A stretch of DNA of 62,900 nucleotides, the filler included, from Octopus bimaculoides (taxonomy: Eukaryota), in assembly GCF_001194135.2 (NCBI RefSeq). It is 5 parts of 5 records of this genome, joined end to end, with 100 filler letters (N's around TTAATTAATTAA, not from the genome) between each part and the next. Parts side by side here need not be neighbours in the genome. Positions count along the whole stretch, not along the records: positions 1 to 16,973 come from NC_068990.1; positions 17,074 to 25,464 come from NC_068985.1; 3 more parts are not named here. One strand, given 5' to 3'. The position numbers were made by a program, and so were the translations under genes. The notes under the pieces were generated by a model. That model was given only the letters and a program-made list of their open reading frames with translations. It was not told the origin of the DNA and ran no database searches. This document shows, in pieces, positions 12,613 to 25,424 of the stretch. Every line of letters begins with the position of its first letter. Within the stretch, counting starts at the first letter, position 1.

Positions 12613-12894
12613 ATTATTGTTGTTGTCTTTGTTATTTATTGGTCGGGAGATTTCCATTTCTGTTGCTTTTGTTGTTGGAATTGTCATTATAGTAATAGTA
12701 TCTGTTGTTGTTGTTGCTGTTGTTGCTGCTGTAGTTGTTGTTGCAGTTGTAGTTGCTTCTGCTGTTTTGGTTGTTCCTTCTGTTGTTACTGTTATTTTAT
12801 TACCAGATATTCTCGTCAATAATTCCACTAACGTTCTATGCACATGCACATTTGATTACTAGGTTCTTTTTCCACCTCTCTCTCTCTCTCTCTC

Positions 12895-12950
<56 letters not shown>

Positions 12951-13465
12951 NNNNNNNNNNNNNNNNNNNNNNNNNNNNNNNNNNNNNNNNNNNNNNNNNN
13001 NNNNNNNNNNNNNNNNNNNNNNNNNNNNNNNNNNNNNNNNNNNNNNNNNNNNNNNNNNNNNNNNNNNNNNNNNNNNNNNNNNNNNNNNNNNNNNNNNNNN
13101 NNNNNNNNNNNNNNNNNNNNNNNNNNNNNNNNNNNNNNNNNNNNNNNNNNNNNNNNNNNNNNNNNNNNNNNNNNNNNNNNNNNNNNNNNNNNNNNNNNNN
13201 NNNNNNNNNNNNNNNNNNNNNNNNNNNNNNNNNNNNNNNNNNNNNNNNNNNNNNNNNNNNNNNNNNNNNNNNNNNNNNNNNNNNNNNNNNNNNNNNNNNN
13301 NNNNNNNNNNNNNNNNNNNNNNNNNNNNNNNNNNNNNNNNNNNNNNNNNNNNNNNNNNNNNNNNNNNNNNNNNNNNNNNNNNNNNNNNNNNNNNNNNNNN
13401 NNNNNNNNNNNNNNNNNNNNNNNNNNNNNNNNNNNNNNNNNNNNNNNNNNNNNNNNNNNNNNNNN

Positions 13466-13510
<45 letters not shown>

Positions 13511-15349
13511 GCGCGCGCACACACACACTCCGCGTGTGTTTTAAAGACAGGGTGAATAGTAATTTACAGTCAATGAGAGAGAGAAAACGTATTTGATAGA
13601 ACAGTGAACGCAACTAAAAATTATCCTGGAGGTTGCTATAAATTTCGCAGAAAAATTATTTTGGTATGCAGGTTTGTATGTATATATGGATGGATGGATG
13701 GATTTAGTCAACACTAATGGGATATAAACGCATGTACACATACACACACACACACACACATACACACACATACACACACACACACACACACATACATACG
13801 CACACACACACACAAATGCACAAATACACACACACGCAAATACATACACATACAGGCGTATAAGCATGTCTGCTGGTACTTACGTCTGTGCACACACGTA
13901 TGCACGAGTGCATCCCTATGTATGGCTGTGAATGCTTCTTATTAACACATATATACAGAGAGCACGTATTTGCTTGTTTGAAAATGTGTATACGCTTTTA
14001 TTACGTGCTAAACTTTTGGAATGTTTTGTATATTTTTACAGTGCTTTTATGGCTTTAACTGTAATTTCTTTAGTGCGGTTTCTAGTTTTGCGAAGCCCAG
14101 CTTTTCAAGATTAGTGCTGAGGCAATTGAAACACCTACTGTAGCTCAGGGACGATAATTCATGCGAGCATCTTCTATAGCGAATGCAAATACGATAGGAT
14201 TTCACATGTGTAATATTTGTGAGTTGATAAACATTACTTAGTTTGAGGTTATTCAAGCAATTAGTCGACATAGGTACTCTCTAAAAGCGTTTAAAATCTG
14301 CACAAAAGAAAAAAGAAAAAGAAAATGCAGACGAGCAACAATTTCCATAAGATCAGTTGATCGAAATTTTTTAACGTTATCAGCAATTCAGATAAGAATC
14401 AATATAGTTTCATCTCTTTTCAATCTGAGTTCAAATTCTGCTGAAGTCAACTTTGATTTCCAATCTACCTGGGCCAAGTACTGAAGTAGATAATGGTCGT
14501 CCTATACAACACATTAAATAGATAAAAATTAATAAATAAATAACTTCGCTTTGTGGCTGCATTATAAATCTTTATTACTATCATTACTCTATCCAACGCT
14601 TAACCCATGTTATTTTTATGTTTAAAAAGCTAAGTTCGTTTTTTTGTTTTGTTTTTGTCTTGATTTGTTTTTGTCTTGCTTTGTTTTTTTCTTGCTTTGT
14701 TTTTTTTCTTTTTTTCTTTTGCTATTTATTGTATTATAATATCTTTAGAGCTTAATATAGATTTGAATATAAAGCTGGAAATTGTTTACTTTTATCATCG
14801 AGTCATGGCTACTGTGTGCAGTGTGGGACTATTAAAATAACAATGGCTTTGATAATAATGTCTTTATTTTAAGAGCCGTAAAGCGCTTCATTAAACATTA
14901 TGAAAACAACAACAACTATAACAACAATAATCAAATAAATAAAATTTAAAATTTTCCCTGAAAGACATTCACTCGAAAATGATAGAATTCCTGTTGTCAA
15001 ACAAAGATTAGCAATGCAAAAAAATGACAAATCTATTGGGATGCACAAACTTGCCGATTCAGTTTCATTTGATACGGGGATTTTACATCGAAGTGTTACA
15101 AGATTTTTTTAAGCATAATATTGGATAGAGGCGGATAAAAGAGATTGAAAACTTGTAAAAAAAAAACAAGTTAATTGAAGATACTAGAAAGATGAATATA
15201 TTGAATCTGAACTTTACAATGCTGTTCATAATTCAATATTTTATATAGAATAAAATGATGCGTTGATTAAATGTTGTTATAAGTCCACTTTGAGCTACTA
15301 TTTTGCATACAACTTCCTCTGTAGAACATTCTCTGCGTTTGCTGACATT

Positions 15350-15660
15350 CTGTTACGACGACGAGGGTTCCAGTTGATCCGATCAACGGAACAGCCTGCT
15401 CCTGAAATTAGCCTGCAAGTGGCTGAGCACTCCACAGGCACTCGTACTCTTTATGTAGTTCTCAAGGAGGTTCAACGTGAGAGAATGTGAGAAGTTTGGC
15501 CCTTCAAAAATACAGGTGCAACTCATTTATGCTAGCTGAGTGGACTGGTGCAACGTGAAATAAAGTATCTGGCTCAAAGACACAACGCGCCGCCGGGAAT
15601 AGAACACCGACTTTACGATCGTGAGCCGAATACTCTAACCACTAAGCCGCGTGCCTTCAC
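15350..15660 (-). mobile_element. tRNA-derived SINE, family C' (family E-type head plus family C-type 3' half)
   Basis: Minus-strand head GTGAAGGCACGCGGCTTAGTGG; 3' part GTTCCGTTGATCGGATCAACTGGAACCCTCGT shared with 54028-54409. Confidence 0.8.
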
Positions 15661-15670
15661 CCTTCTCTTC

Positions 15671-15987
15671 TTATTTCTTCATTGCCCACAAGGGGCTAAA
15701 CATAGAGGGGACAAACAAGGACAGACAAAGAGATTAAGTCGATTACATCGACCCCAGTGCGTAACTGGTACTTAATTTATCGACCCCGAAAGGATGANNN
15801 NNNNNNNAGACAAAGAGATTAAGTCGATTACATCGACCCCAGTGCGTAACTGGTACTTAATTTATCGACCCCGAAAGGATGAAAGGCAAAGTCAAACCTC
15901 GGCGGAATTTGAACTCAGAACGTAACGGCAGACGAAATACCAGTAAGCATTTCGGCGTGCTAACGTTTCTGCCATCTCGCCGCCTTC
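15671..15987 (-). mobile_element. family A SINE with 13-bp target-site duplication
   Basis: CACCCTTCTCTTC at 15658-15670 and 15988-16000 flanks the element; the internal duplication across the 10-N gap is an assembly overlap. Confidence 0.88.
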
Positions 15988-16560
15988 ACCCTTCTCTTCG
16001 TTAGCTGTCGATCAGGGATAACAACAATTTCGGCACCTATAGACAGAGTTACTCCCTTCTTGCCATCCAAATAGCCACATCACCAAACCAAAGGGCAGCT
16101 GCATCACTCCAGCGATTCCGTTATTTTACTATTTGCCAACGGATTGTTGTACACTCTTACTGTCTTGAGGTCAATACTTATTGCAGTGGAAATTTTTTTA
16201 CGGGGCCTTCTTCTAGATCATGTCGAAGGCAGCTTTAAAGAAAATACAATTAAATGTAAAGACATTTGTTGATTTTTTGTTTGTTGATTTTTTGCAGTGG
16301 GGTTGGGGTCTTGGTTTTTCAATAATCCGTTTAACCATACAAATGGCATCAACTGTATGTACGCCTGCTACTACGTCTAAAATTTGAATTTACCTTATTT
16401 CACGTCCCTTCTCAGTTTTTGTTTCCGAACGGTCAAAAAAAAAGGATTCTACATAACATTTTTTTTTCCTGGTATTGACAAGAGAGAATTCATCCTGAAG
16501 TTTTCAGGGTCAGAGATTGTCGGTGTGTGTATGTGTGTGTATAACTAGTTCGTGACTTTC

Positions 16561-16760
16561 GTCTTTTCGCGTCTTTTCTGTTTTCCATGTTCTGTTGAAT
16601 ATTACGGGTGACATTAACCATGCACTTCTCATGCTTCCAGTACTCTAGCACTGATGGCAGCTATATTCGAGAGAGGCTTCACGGTTTTTCACTCTTTTTA
16701 TTGCCTCTTCTATTTCTTGTTTTGTTGTTCCTGCATCGGATGGACTATCCAAGTTTTTTT
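16561..16760 (-). mobile_element. decayed LINE (RTE-like) RT N-terminal remnant
   Basis: TTKQEIEEAIKRVKNREA and IFNRTWKTEKTRKD resemble the EEV..AI..LK..KA and IFN.IW..E..P.DW motifs. Confidence 0.5.
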
Positions 16761-17017
16761 TGTCCTTGATTTCGTCTGTTATTGCTTGAGTATTTAATAA
16801 TTAAGTTTATTAGGAAACTTTAATTTAATTTCTTTAAATTTTCCTTTCCATTTTATTCCAGCTTGAAGAGGTCATCCTTAACGACCGGAACCGGTATATT
16901 TTTACTTCGTATTTTTCCATGAAAACATTCTCTAAGCATTTTCGTCTTTTTATTCCTCAGAGAGAGAGTGTGTNNNNNNNNNNNNNNNNNNNNNNNNNNN
17001 NNNNNNNNNNNNNNNNN

Positions 17018-17029
17018 TTAATTAATTAA
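17018..17029. other. assembly spacer TTAATTAATTAA inside an N44-12-N44 gap
   Basis: The same 100-nt construct occurs at 17018, 25509, 45018 and 60289; the 12-mer has stop codons in all six frames; artefact. Confidence 0.95.
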
Positions 17030-17542
17030 NNNNNNNNNNNNNNNNNNNNNNNNNNNNNNNNNNNNNNNNNNNNTGAGTATATGCATATATACGTACAGGT
17101 ATGTGCATACCTACGTCTACCTGTATATATAGGCGCATATCTGGGTACAGGACATTGCAAACAAAACGTAGACAAAAAAATAATAATAACCAGAGTACAG
17201 AACACACAGAGGCCACATAGAGAACATTTTCTTTCATCAGCTACCCCCATTCTAACACAGGCGTTTCGAAGAGTAGGGCAGGACGCATCGTTAAAATGGC
17301 TCTTCCCATGGACCACAAATTAAATTTGTATACACAAATTAAATTTGTACCATGGAGGAATGTAGTGGCAGACAGAAAACAAGACAGGAAAACAAACGGA
17401 AAAGGCTATACGGCCAGACGTGAAAAATTATGTATAAATTGAACGCTGTGAAACAACGAACTGGAAGCGGGATATATAAATTGCTTATTTCCATGCTGAC
17501 TACCTGATAATTATCGTTAATGTGATTTTTATCCTTATTTTA

Positions 17543-17585
<43 letters not shown>

Positions 17586-17649
17586 NNNNNNNNNNCCTGT
17601 ATAATTATCACCTATATGTGTGTATATGTGTGTGTGTGTGTGTGTTTGT

Positions 17650-17973
17650 GTGAAGGTGCATGGCTCAGTGGTTAGTGTTGAGTTCAAAATCATGAGGTAG
17701 TGAGTTCAATCCCTGAACTGGACTCTGTGTTGTGTTCTTGAGCAAGACACTTTATTTCACATTGCTCCAGTTCCCTCATCTGTAGAAATGAGCTGCAACA
17801 TCACTAGTGCCAAGCTGTATCAGCATTTGCCTTTCCTTTGGATAATATTAATGGCATGGAGAGAGGAGACTGATATGCATGGGTGATTGTTGGTCTCCCA
17901 TAAACGACTTTGCCTGGACTTGTGCCTTGGAGAATTTTCTAGGAGCAATCCCATGGTCACTCATGATACCCTT
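17650..17973 (+). mobile_element. tRNA-derived SINE, family E, strongly CpG-decayed
   Basis: Head TGGCTCAGTGGTTAG...GAGTTCAATCCC and MIR-like TTGAGCAAGACACTTTATTTCAC...CTGTAGAAATGAG; homologous to 60524-60839. Confidence 0.82.
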
Positions 17974-18002
17974 TATATATATGTATACCCTTTATACATA
18001 TT

Positions 18003-18406
18003 ACTCTTTACTCTCTCTCTTTTACTTGTTTCAGTCATTTGACTGCAGCCATGCTGGAGCACCACCTTTAGTCGAGCAAATCGACCCCCGAACTTATTCT
18101 TTGTAAGCCTAGTACTTATTCTATTGGTCTCTTTTGCCAAACCGCTCAGTTACGGGGACATAAACACACCAGCATCGGTGGTCAAGCAATGCTAGGGGGA
18201 CAAACACAGACATCAAACACACATATGTATATATACATATATACGACGGGCTTCTTTCAGTTTCTGTCTACCAAATTCACTCACAAGGCTTTGGTTGGCC
18301 CGAGGCTATAGTAGAAGACACTTGCCCAAGATGCCACACGGTGGGACTGAACCCGGAACCATGTAGTTGATAAGCAAGCTACTTACCACACAGCAACTCC
18401 TGCACC
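18003..18406 (-). mobile_element. tRNA-derived SINE, family B, full length
   Basis: Minus-strand head GCAGGAGTTGCTGTGTGGTAAG...GGTTCAGTCCC, internal microsatellite and (GAGTAAAA)-type tail; homologues at 31968, 40872, 45091, 53428 and 54449. Confidence 0.88.
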
Positions 18407-19195
18407 TAATATGTATATATTATATTATATTGTATCACATTACATTATATATATTATATATATGATGGATTCTCCCACTGAAGATTACATATGAGCAACC
18501 TGCACAAATATTTGTTCTGTACATTAGCTCACTCTCTCCATCAAACTGCATTGTGTACCATGTATCAGGTGTTGAGGTGATTGCACAGCAACGAGAAATT
18601 GAGTGTTTTGCTCAAGAACACAACACACTACCCAGACAAAGAATTGAACCTATAAACTTGCAATCCAGAGTGCAACTCCCTTACTTCTAGGCCACACCAC
18701 CCATTTATATGTATGTATGTATGTATGTATGTTTAGTGAAAACATGAGAGTATCAGTAAGAAATTCAGCAGTTTATTTGATATTTAATCCTTAATCATAT
18801 ATTTATATATGAAGATCACATAATATTCTTATATACAGGAAGAAATTTGATTTATATATATATAAATAGATTGATACATAGCTACCGACCAACATATATA
18901 AATGCATATATACATAATCATACATACACATATACATTCATTCCTATCAAATTGTATAATGTATCTAATAGTTTATGTATATATGATGAATAAATATATG
19001 CAATAATTTATTGCTATTTATCTCACAATTTATAGATAAAGATATTTGCAAGTATAACTGTATGAGTGTGTATGTATGCATGCATGTGTATGTGTATATG
19101 TGTATATGCATGTATGTTTATATACATACATATATACATATGTATAAATATATGCATGTACATTGTACATACATACATACATACACATACATACA

Positions 19196-19297
19196 TCATC
19201 ATCATCATCATCATCGTTTAACGTCCGCTTTCCATGCTAGCATGGGTTGGACGATTTGACTGAGGACTGGTGAAACCGGATGGCAACACCAGGCTCC
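19196..19297 (-). mobile_element. family D repeat 3' end with (GAT)n tail
   Basis: Reverse complement of CAACCCATGCTAGCATGGAAAGCGGACGTTAAACGATGATG seen at 24450-24500. Confidence 0.8.
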
Positions 19298-19611
19298 NNN
19301 NNNNNNNACATATGTATATACATATAAATATACATATATATGTACATATATATATATTCATATATATATGCACACATATTTATATATACATATGTATATA
19401 CATATAAATATACATATATATGTACATATATATATATTCATATATATATGCACACATATTTATATATACATATGTATATACATATAAATATACATATATA
19501 TGTACATATATATATATATGCGTATACATATATATATTCATATATATACATGTATACATATATATACATATATATATGTATACATACATATATATATATG
19601 TGTAACCAGCT

Positions 19612-20578
19612 CTAAAATGGAATACGCACCTTATCATCATAATGGCGTCTGATGTGGCTTTTTAAACCACATATTTTTCTGAAAAGACACCCACATACAT
19701 TGCACCTCTGATTTGGACCACCAATACCAGCAGATAAATTCTGCTCTTTGTTGATCTTAACATGTCTTTTAAGGCTTCCGTTGGATTTGCAAACCTTTTG
19801 GCATACACTGCATTCAAAGGTGTGCATAGACATATAGGCAGAATAGTTGGTGGTGGTTGGTTTTCCATGCATTTGCAGATGAAATTTGAGGCTAGCCAAA
19901 GAAAGGCATGGTCTGTCACAGACTGTGCACACAAAAAGGTCATTGTCATTCAACTTATCAATCGTTACATTCTTCCTTAGATCTCTTCTGAGTCTTATTT
20001 GCGTTATCCTGGCCTCTTGAAATGCTTTTACTCCACTACACACCTTTGTTCGCCATCCAACTCGATCCAAAGCAATGGTTTCTATATCTTCTGGATCCAT
20101 TCCAATTGACTTCATAGCAGTCCTTATGCCATCCTTAAACCGTTTTTTAGGTTTATGCCGATAGCGTTTCCCCTCTGCATGCCCACCATAAAACAACTGT
20201 TTGCCATTCGAACAATATGACCACACCATCTCAAAATCATAGCTTTAATCGATATGATGCCTGCAGATGCAACATCTGTGTTAGGAGTAAAAGAACTCCA
20301 TTTAATTTTTAAACTGTGATGAAGGCATTTTTGGTGGAATTGTTCTAACAGCTTAAAATGGCTTTCATAACAAGTCCAAGGTTCACACAGGTTGCTCTTG
20401 AGTGCTACTGATAACATGTAATCCAGTACAACCTGTGGCATGGTCGGGTTGGCAACCCCACCAGGCTTGCTTGGTGATGAGAGTATTGTTGGACACCCTG
20501 CGGAGATGAAAAATAAGACCTGTCAAAGAGCAGATGAACTCTTGAACAGTCAACGGCCATCCAACAAAATGTCTGTAA
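19612..20578 (-). mobile_element. RTE (BovB-like) LINE ORF2 3' fragment ending in three C2H2 zinc fingers
   Basis: CEPWTCYESHFKLLEQFHQKCL, LRWCGHIVRM, LFYG...GKR...PKKRFKD and DRVGWR motifs of RTE, then three C-x2-C-x12-H-x3-(H/N) units; flanked by (TA)-rich tracts. Confidence 0.9.
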
Positions 20579-23500
20579 ATATGTATATATCTTATATATA
20601 TATATATATATNNNNNNNNNNNNNNNNNNNNNNNNNNNNNNNNNNNNNNNNNNNNNNNNNNNNNNNNNNNNNNNNNNNNNNNNNNNNNNNNNNNNNNNNN
20701 NNNNNNNNNNNTATATATGTATATATATATATATATATTTATGCACACACATATATACACACACACATATATATACATATATATATGCGGACGTTAAACG
20801 ACGATGATGATGATGATGATGATATATACATACATAAATATACATATATATATATACATATACATATATACATATATATACAGACACACACACACATATT
20901 AATAAATAGATAACTGTACATATAACAATAGAAATAGAAATGTATATAATTATATACCAAAACACTTTCATATACACAAGGCACAGCATAATTTTTTTTT
21001 TTTTTTGTATATATCAAAATCATAAATATCTCTCCTTGCAGTTTAATTACTGAATGTTTATTCTAACTATAGATTAATTTATCTTACAATATATATTGCT
21101 ATATACACCCACCCACCAACTTTTTCTCACAATGTATTTGTGAAGCTCAAATGATCAACAATATTCTAAGAATATTGATTATTTTATTTATTATTCTCCT
21201 TGTTTATTGGAGCTCTTTACTGTGTGAGCTTTACACATGTACATCTGTAAATCTATATGTATATGTGTACATACATGTATATAGGTGTGTGTGTATATTT
21301 ATGTATATATGTCTGTGTGTATATATATTATATNNNNNNNNNNNNNNNNNNNNNNNNNNNNNNNNNNNNNNNNNNNNNNNNNNNNNNNNNNNNNNNNNNN
21401 NNNNNNNNNNNNNNNNNNNNNNNNNNNNNNNNNNNNNNNNNNNNNNNNNNNNNNNNNNNNNNNNNNNNNNNNNNNNNNNNNNNNNNNNNNNNNNNNNNNN
21501 NNNNNNNNNNNNNNNNNNNNNNNNNNNNNNNNNNNNNNNNNNNNNNNNNNNNNNNNNNNNNNNNNNNNNNNNNNNNNNNNNNNNNNNNNNNNNNNNNNNN
21601 NNNNNNNNNNNNNNNNNNNNNNNNNNNNNNNNNNNNNNNNNNNNNNNNNNNNNNNNNNNNNNNNNNNNNNNNNNNNNNNNNNNNNNNNNNNNNNNNNNNN
21701 NNNNNNNNNNNNNNNNNNNNNNNNNNNNNNNNNNNNNNNNNNNNNNNNNNNNNNNNNNNNNNNNNNNNNNNNNNNNNNNNNNNNNNNNNNNNNNNNNNNN
21801 NNNNNNNNNNNNNNNNNNNNNNNNNNNNNNNNNNNNNNNNNNNNNNNNNNNNNNNNNNNNNNNNNNNNNNNNNNNNNNNNNNNNNNNNNNNNNNNNNNNN
21901 NNNNNNNNNNNNNNNNNNNNNNNNNNNNNNNNNNNNNNNNNNNNNNNNNNNNNNNNNNNNNNNNNNNNNNNNNNNNNNNNNNNNNNNNNNNNNNNNNNNN
22001 NNNNNNNNNNNNNNNNNNNNNNNNNNNNNNNNNNNNNNNNNNNNNNNNNNNNNNNNNNNNNNNNNNNNNNNNNNNNNNNNNNNNNNNNNNNNNNNNNNNN
22101 NNNNNNNNNNNNNNNNNNNNNNNNNNNNNNNNNNNNNNNNNNNNNNNNNNNNNNNNNNNNNNNNNNNNNNNNNNNNNNNNNNNNNNNNNNNNNNNNNNNN
22201 NNNNNNNNNNNNNNATATATATATATATATATACATACATAGAGAAATACAGATCTACATAAATATGTATATTCATATATACATACATACTATGCACGCA
22301 TCCATTCATTCATTAATCCATGTGTATGTACATACATGTATATAGGTGTGTGTGTATATTTATGTATATATGTCTGTGTGTATATATATTAAATATATAT
22401 ATATTATATGTATATATATTATATGTATATTATATGTATATATATTATATATATATTGTATATATATATATTATATGTATATTATATATATATTCTATAT
22501 ATTATATATATATAAGTATAAATTATATATATATATTCTATATATATATATGTATATTTATTGTATATATATGTATATATTAAATATATATATATATTAT
22601 GTATATGTATATATATATTATATATATGTGTGTGTGTGAATATATATATATATGTATGTATTTATATATGAGTGTATGTATGTGGATGATTGATATGAAA
22701 TAATGTCACACTTTTTAGTTGCTTAACATAGCATTGAACATTTTAAATGCTTTTGCAAGATGACTTTAACATCTAAATTTGAAATATGCCATAGCAATAT
22801 GATTTATAGAAATTGCTATGAAAAGAAGCAAGAAAAAATAATCCAAGTAAAAATTAAACCACACACACACACACACAGACGCATAGATATATATATACAT
22901 AATTACATGTGTATATATATTTAAAGAATAAGTAGTAAATAAATATAAATAAATAGCTAAATACATAAACATTGAATAATTAATATTCCTATCAAACAGA
23001 GGAATTCTAAGTGATATAGCAAGCTATCGAGTTGGATGACTTTTATTCAATAAAGATTGCGGTGTTTTCCCATTAATGTATTTGCGACAAATTATCTATT
23101 TTCAATCCTTTTCTAACAACAATAATAAAATTTTGGCACTGATATTCCCCAAAGCATAACATGATATACAAATCTATTAGCCAGTCAAGCATTCAACTCC
23201 AATGAATGATTCTTACAAATAGTTATCATGCTTCACTGATTTTCACATTTCCAAAAGGCAAAAATAATAAAAATATAAAATAAAATATAAACTTCGTATA
23301 TAATTAAATGAAATTTAAGTAAAAATGATATACAGAAACATAAATAATGATTAGAATAAATGTTACCATCAAAATCTTTACAATACTGTATATTATTCTT
23401 GAATTTATGTGTATGTACATATATATATTTACACATGTGTGTGTGTGTGTGTGTGTGTGTATACATATATATATATGTGTGTGTGTGTGTGAATGTCTCT

Positions 23501-24160
23501 ATACATGTATGCAACTATATTTTTATGTATGTATATGTATTTGTCTATGCATGTATGTATATGTGTGTATCTATGCATGTAAGTATCCGTATGTATCTAT
23601 GCTTGTATGTATGTATTTATGCATGTAAGTATGCATGCATGTATGTATGTATGCATGTACGTATGTATGCATGCATGTATGTATGTATGTATGTATGTAT
23701 GTATGTACGTTTATTATTTTTCTTTATCATAATTGGCTGGAATTGTTAAGTTAAAGAAAGAAAGAATTTTCTCTATCAGTTTCTTTCAGTTCCTCTTTAG
23801 GAAACCTCTGCATTTTAATTCATGCATGCTTCACTGATTTCAGAGTAACTTATTTCCCTTAGCATACTTCATATATCTCTGAGTATTTCATTTGTCTGTC
23901 TTGGACTACTCTTATATATTACATTTAACTATTGAAGACTTTTGTGAGTGTGATCAAAGAATCACGTTTCCTAAATTTCTCTTTCCCTCTCTCCTATCTC
24001 TCTCTCTCTCTATATATATATATATACATATATATTCCCCCCCCCCACTCTCTCTCTCTCAAATATTAGGAAACCAACATGTGGAGAAGTAAGTTAAAAT
24101 AATATTTACTATCCCTTAGATGGTTACTTAACCTCTATCTCATATAAACATACATATATG

Positions 24161-24500
24161 AATGTGGCCGTTGCCAGTACCGCTTGACTGGCCTTCATAG
24201 GATTTTCGAGCGAGATCGTTGCCAGTGCCCCTGGACTGGCTCCTGTGTGGGTGGCACATAAAATACACCATTTTGAGTGTGGCCGTTGCCAGTACCGCCT
24301 GACTGGCCTTCGTGCGGGTGACACGTAAAAGCACCCACTACACTCTCTGAGTGGTTGACGTTAGGAAGGGCATCCAGCTGTAGAAATTCTGCCAAATCAG
24401 ATTGGAGGGTGGTGTTGCCATCCGGTTTCACCAGTCCTCAGTCAAATCGTCCAACCCATGCTAGCATGGAAAGCGGACGTTAAACGATGATGATGATGAT
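24161..24500 (+). mobile_element. family D SINE-like repeat with RTE-type 3' tail and internal module duplication
   Basis: GTGGCCGTTGCCAGTACCGC(T/C)TGACTGGCCTTC occurs at about 24164 and 24279; GTTAGGAAGGGCATCCAGCTGTAGAAA body; (GAT)n tail. Confidence 0.8.
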
Positions 24501-25424
24501 ACTGAGGGTGATAAACTGAATATTAATTTCAATATGTATATGTATATATTCAGATCCATGTTCAGTTCTTCCTTTATTGATGATATACTATATTTTATGT
24601 TATGTTAAATTGTTCCCCTTACTATGTTTTTCAATATCCCTCCTATTTTTAATCACTTAAAAGTTTTGAGCACCTGCTACACAACTCCATTGCACGCAGC
24701 CCACCACCAAATGCCAAAATTCTATCCTTCACTCTCCTGAAAAATAACAACCTCTCTGTTCCACCATCTCTGACTGCTTTCATGTTCTATAGTATTATCT
24801 TCCATGTACCTGCTACAGCTGCTCCTCTCTCTCCCTATATCAGGATACTGCTAATGATTCACCAAAGATGATAATAAAAATCATAGCATATGCTCAAATA
24901 ACAGTAATAACAATAATAATGATATCATTAGGAATATTAATTGATAACAGTGATAAATGACACTTATTGAAGTATGCATAGCAAGCAACTGAGCATGAAC
25001 AAATGGTGGCAATTTTAATAAAAGGACAAACGTAATCAAATGTGTAAATCTTTCGACAGCTTGCAAGCCATGGCACAAATATTCTCATCTCTTACAAGTA
25101 CAGAAGTCCTCAAACAACAACCAACAAACAGTTCTACTACTGAAAATTTACTGCTTCCACTATCTGTCAGTCCCAAACCCTCAGACCTTCAACCACTAAT
25201 GTAGGTATGATAGCAGGTAGGTCTGGAGAGTTGTGGAGATGCTTGAGTGAAGACAAGTGGATGTGTGTTGTGTGTGAGAGGTAAGAAGGAAAAGATCCTT
25301 AATCAATCTCTTTGCAGGTAAGAACAGCAATACAAATTATTCTGGAAGAGTAAAAATTACAGTAGGGTGGGCTAGACAAACTTCTAGCTGAGAAGTGGAT
25401 AGATAAACTAAATGTAGTAGCCAG

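Noticed and set aside
14760-14940. Possible Penelope RT C-terminal remnant (YKAG, YHRV, NNGF...KRF)
   Set aside because: Motifs are too short and spread over different frames to support a call
15724-15881. Apparent 74-bp tandem duplication inside a SINE
   Set aside because: The two copies flank a 10-N gap and are identical, which indicates an unmerged contig overlap
17230-17300. Minus-strand GAAGAG...CTCTTC-GAAAC and a nearby CTGATGA
   Set aside because: The elements do not assemble into one hammerhead; probably a pLTR-like repeat but unsupported
19308-19560. 80-bp tandem repeat of AT-rich sequence
   Set aside because: Built from TA/CA dinucleotides next to a 10-N gap; it cannot be told apart from slippage or assembly artefact
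23227-23840. 16-bp exact repeat CATGCTTCACTGATTT at 23227 and 23825
   Set aside because: Borderline by chance in AT-rich DNA; no complete C/D snoRNA or exon structure found around either copy
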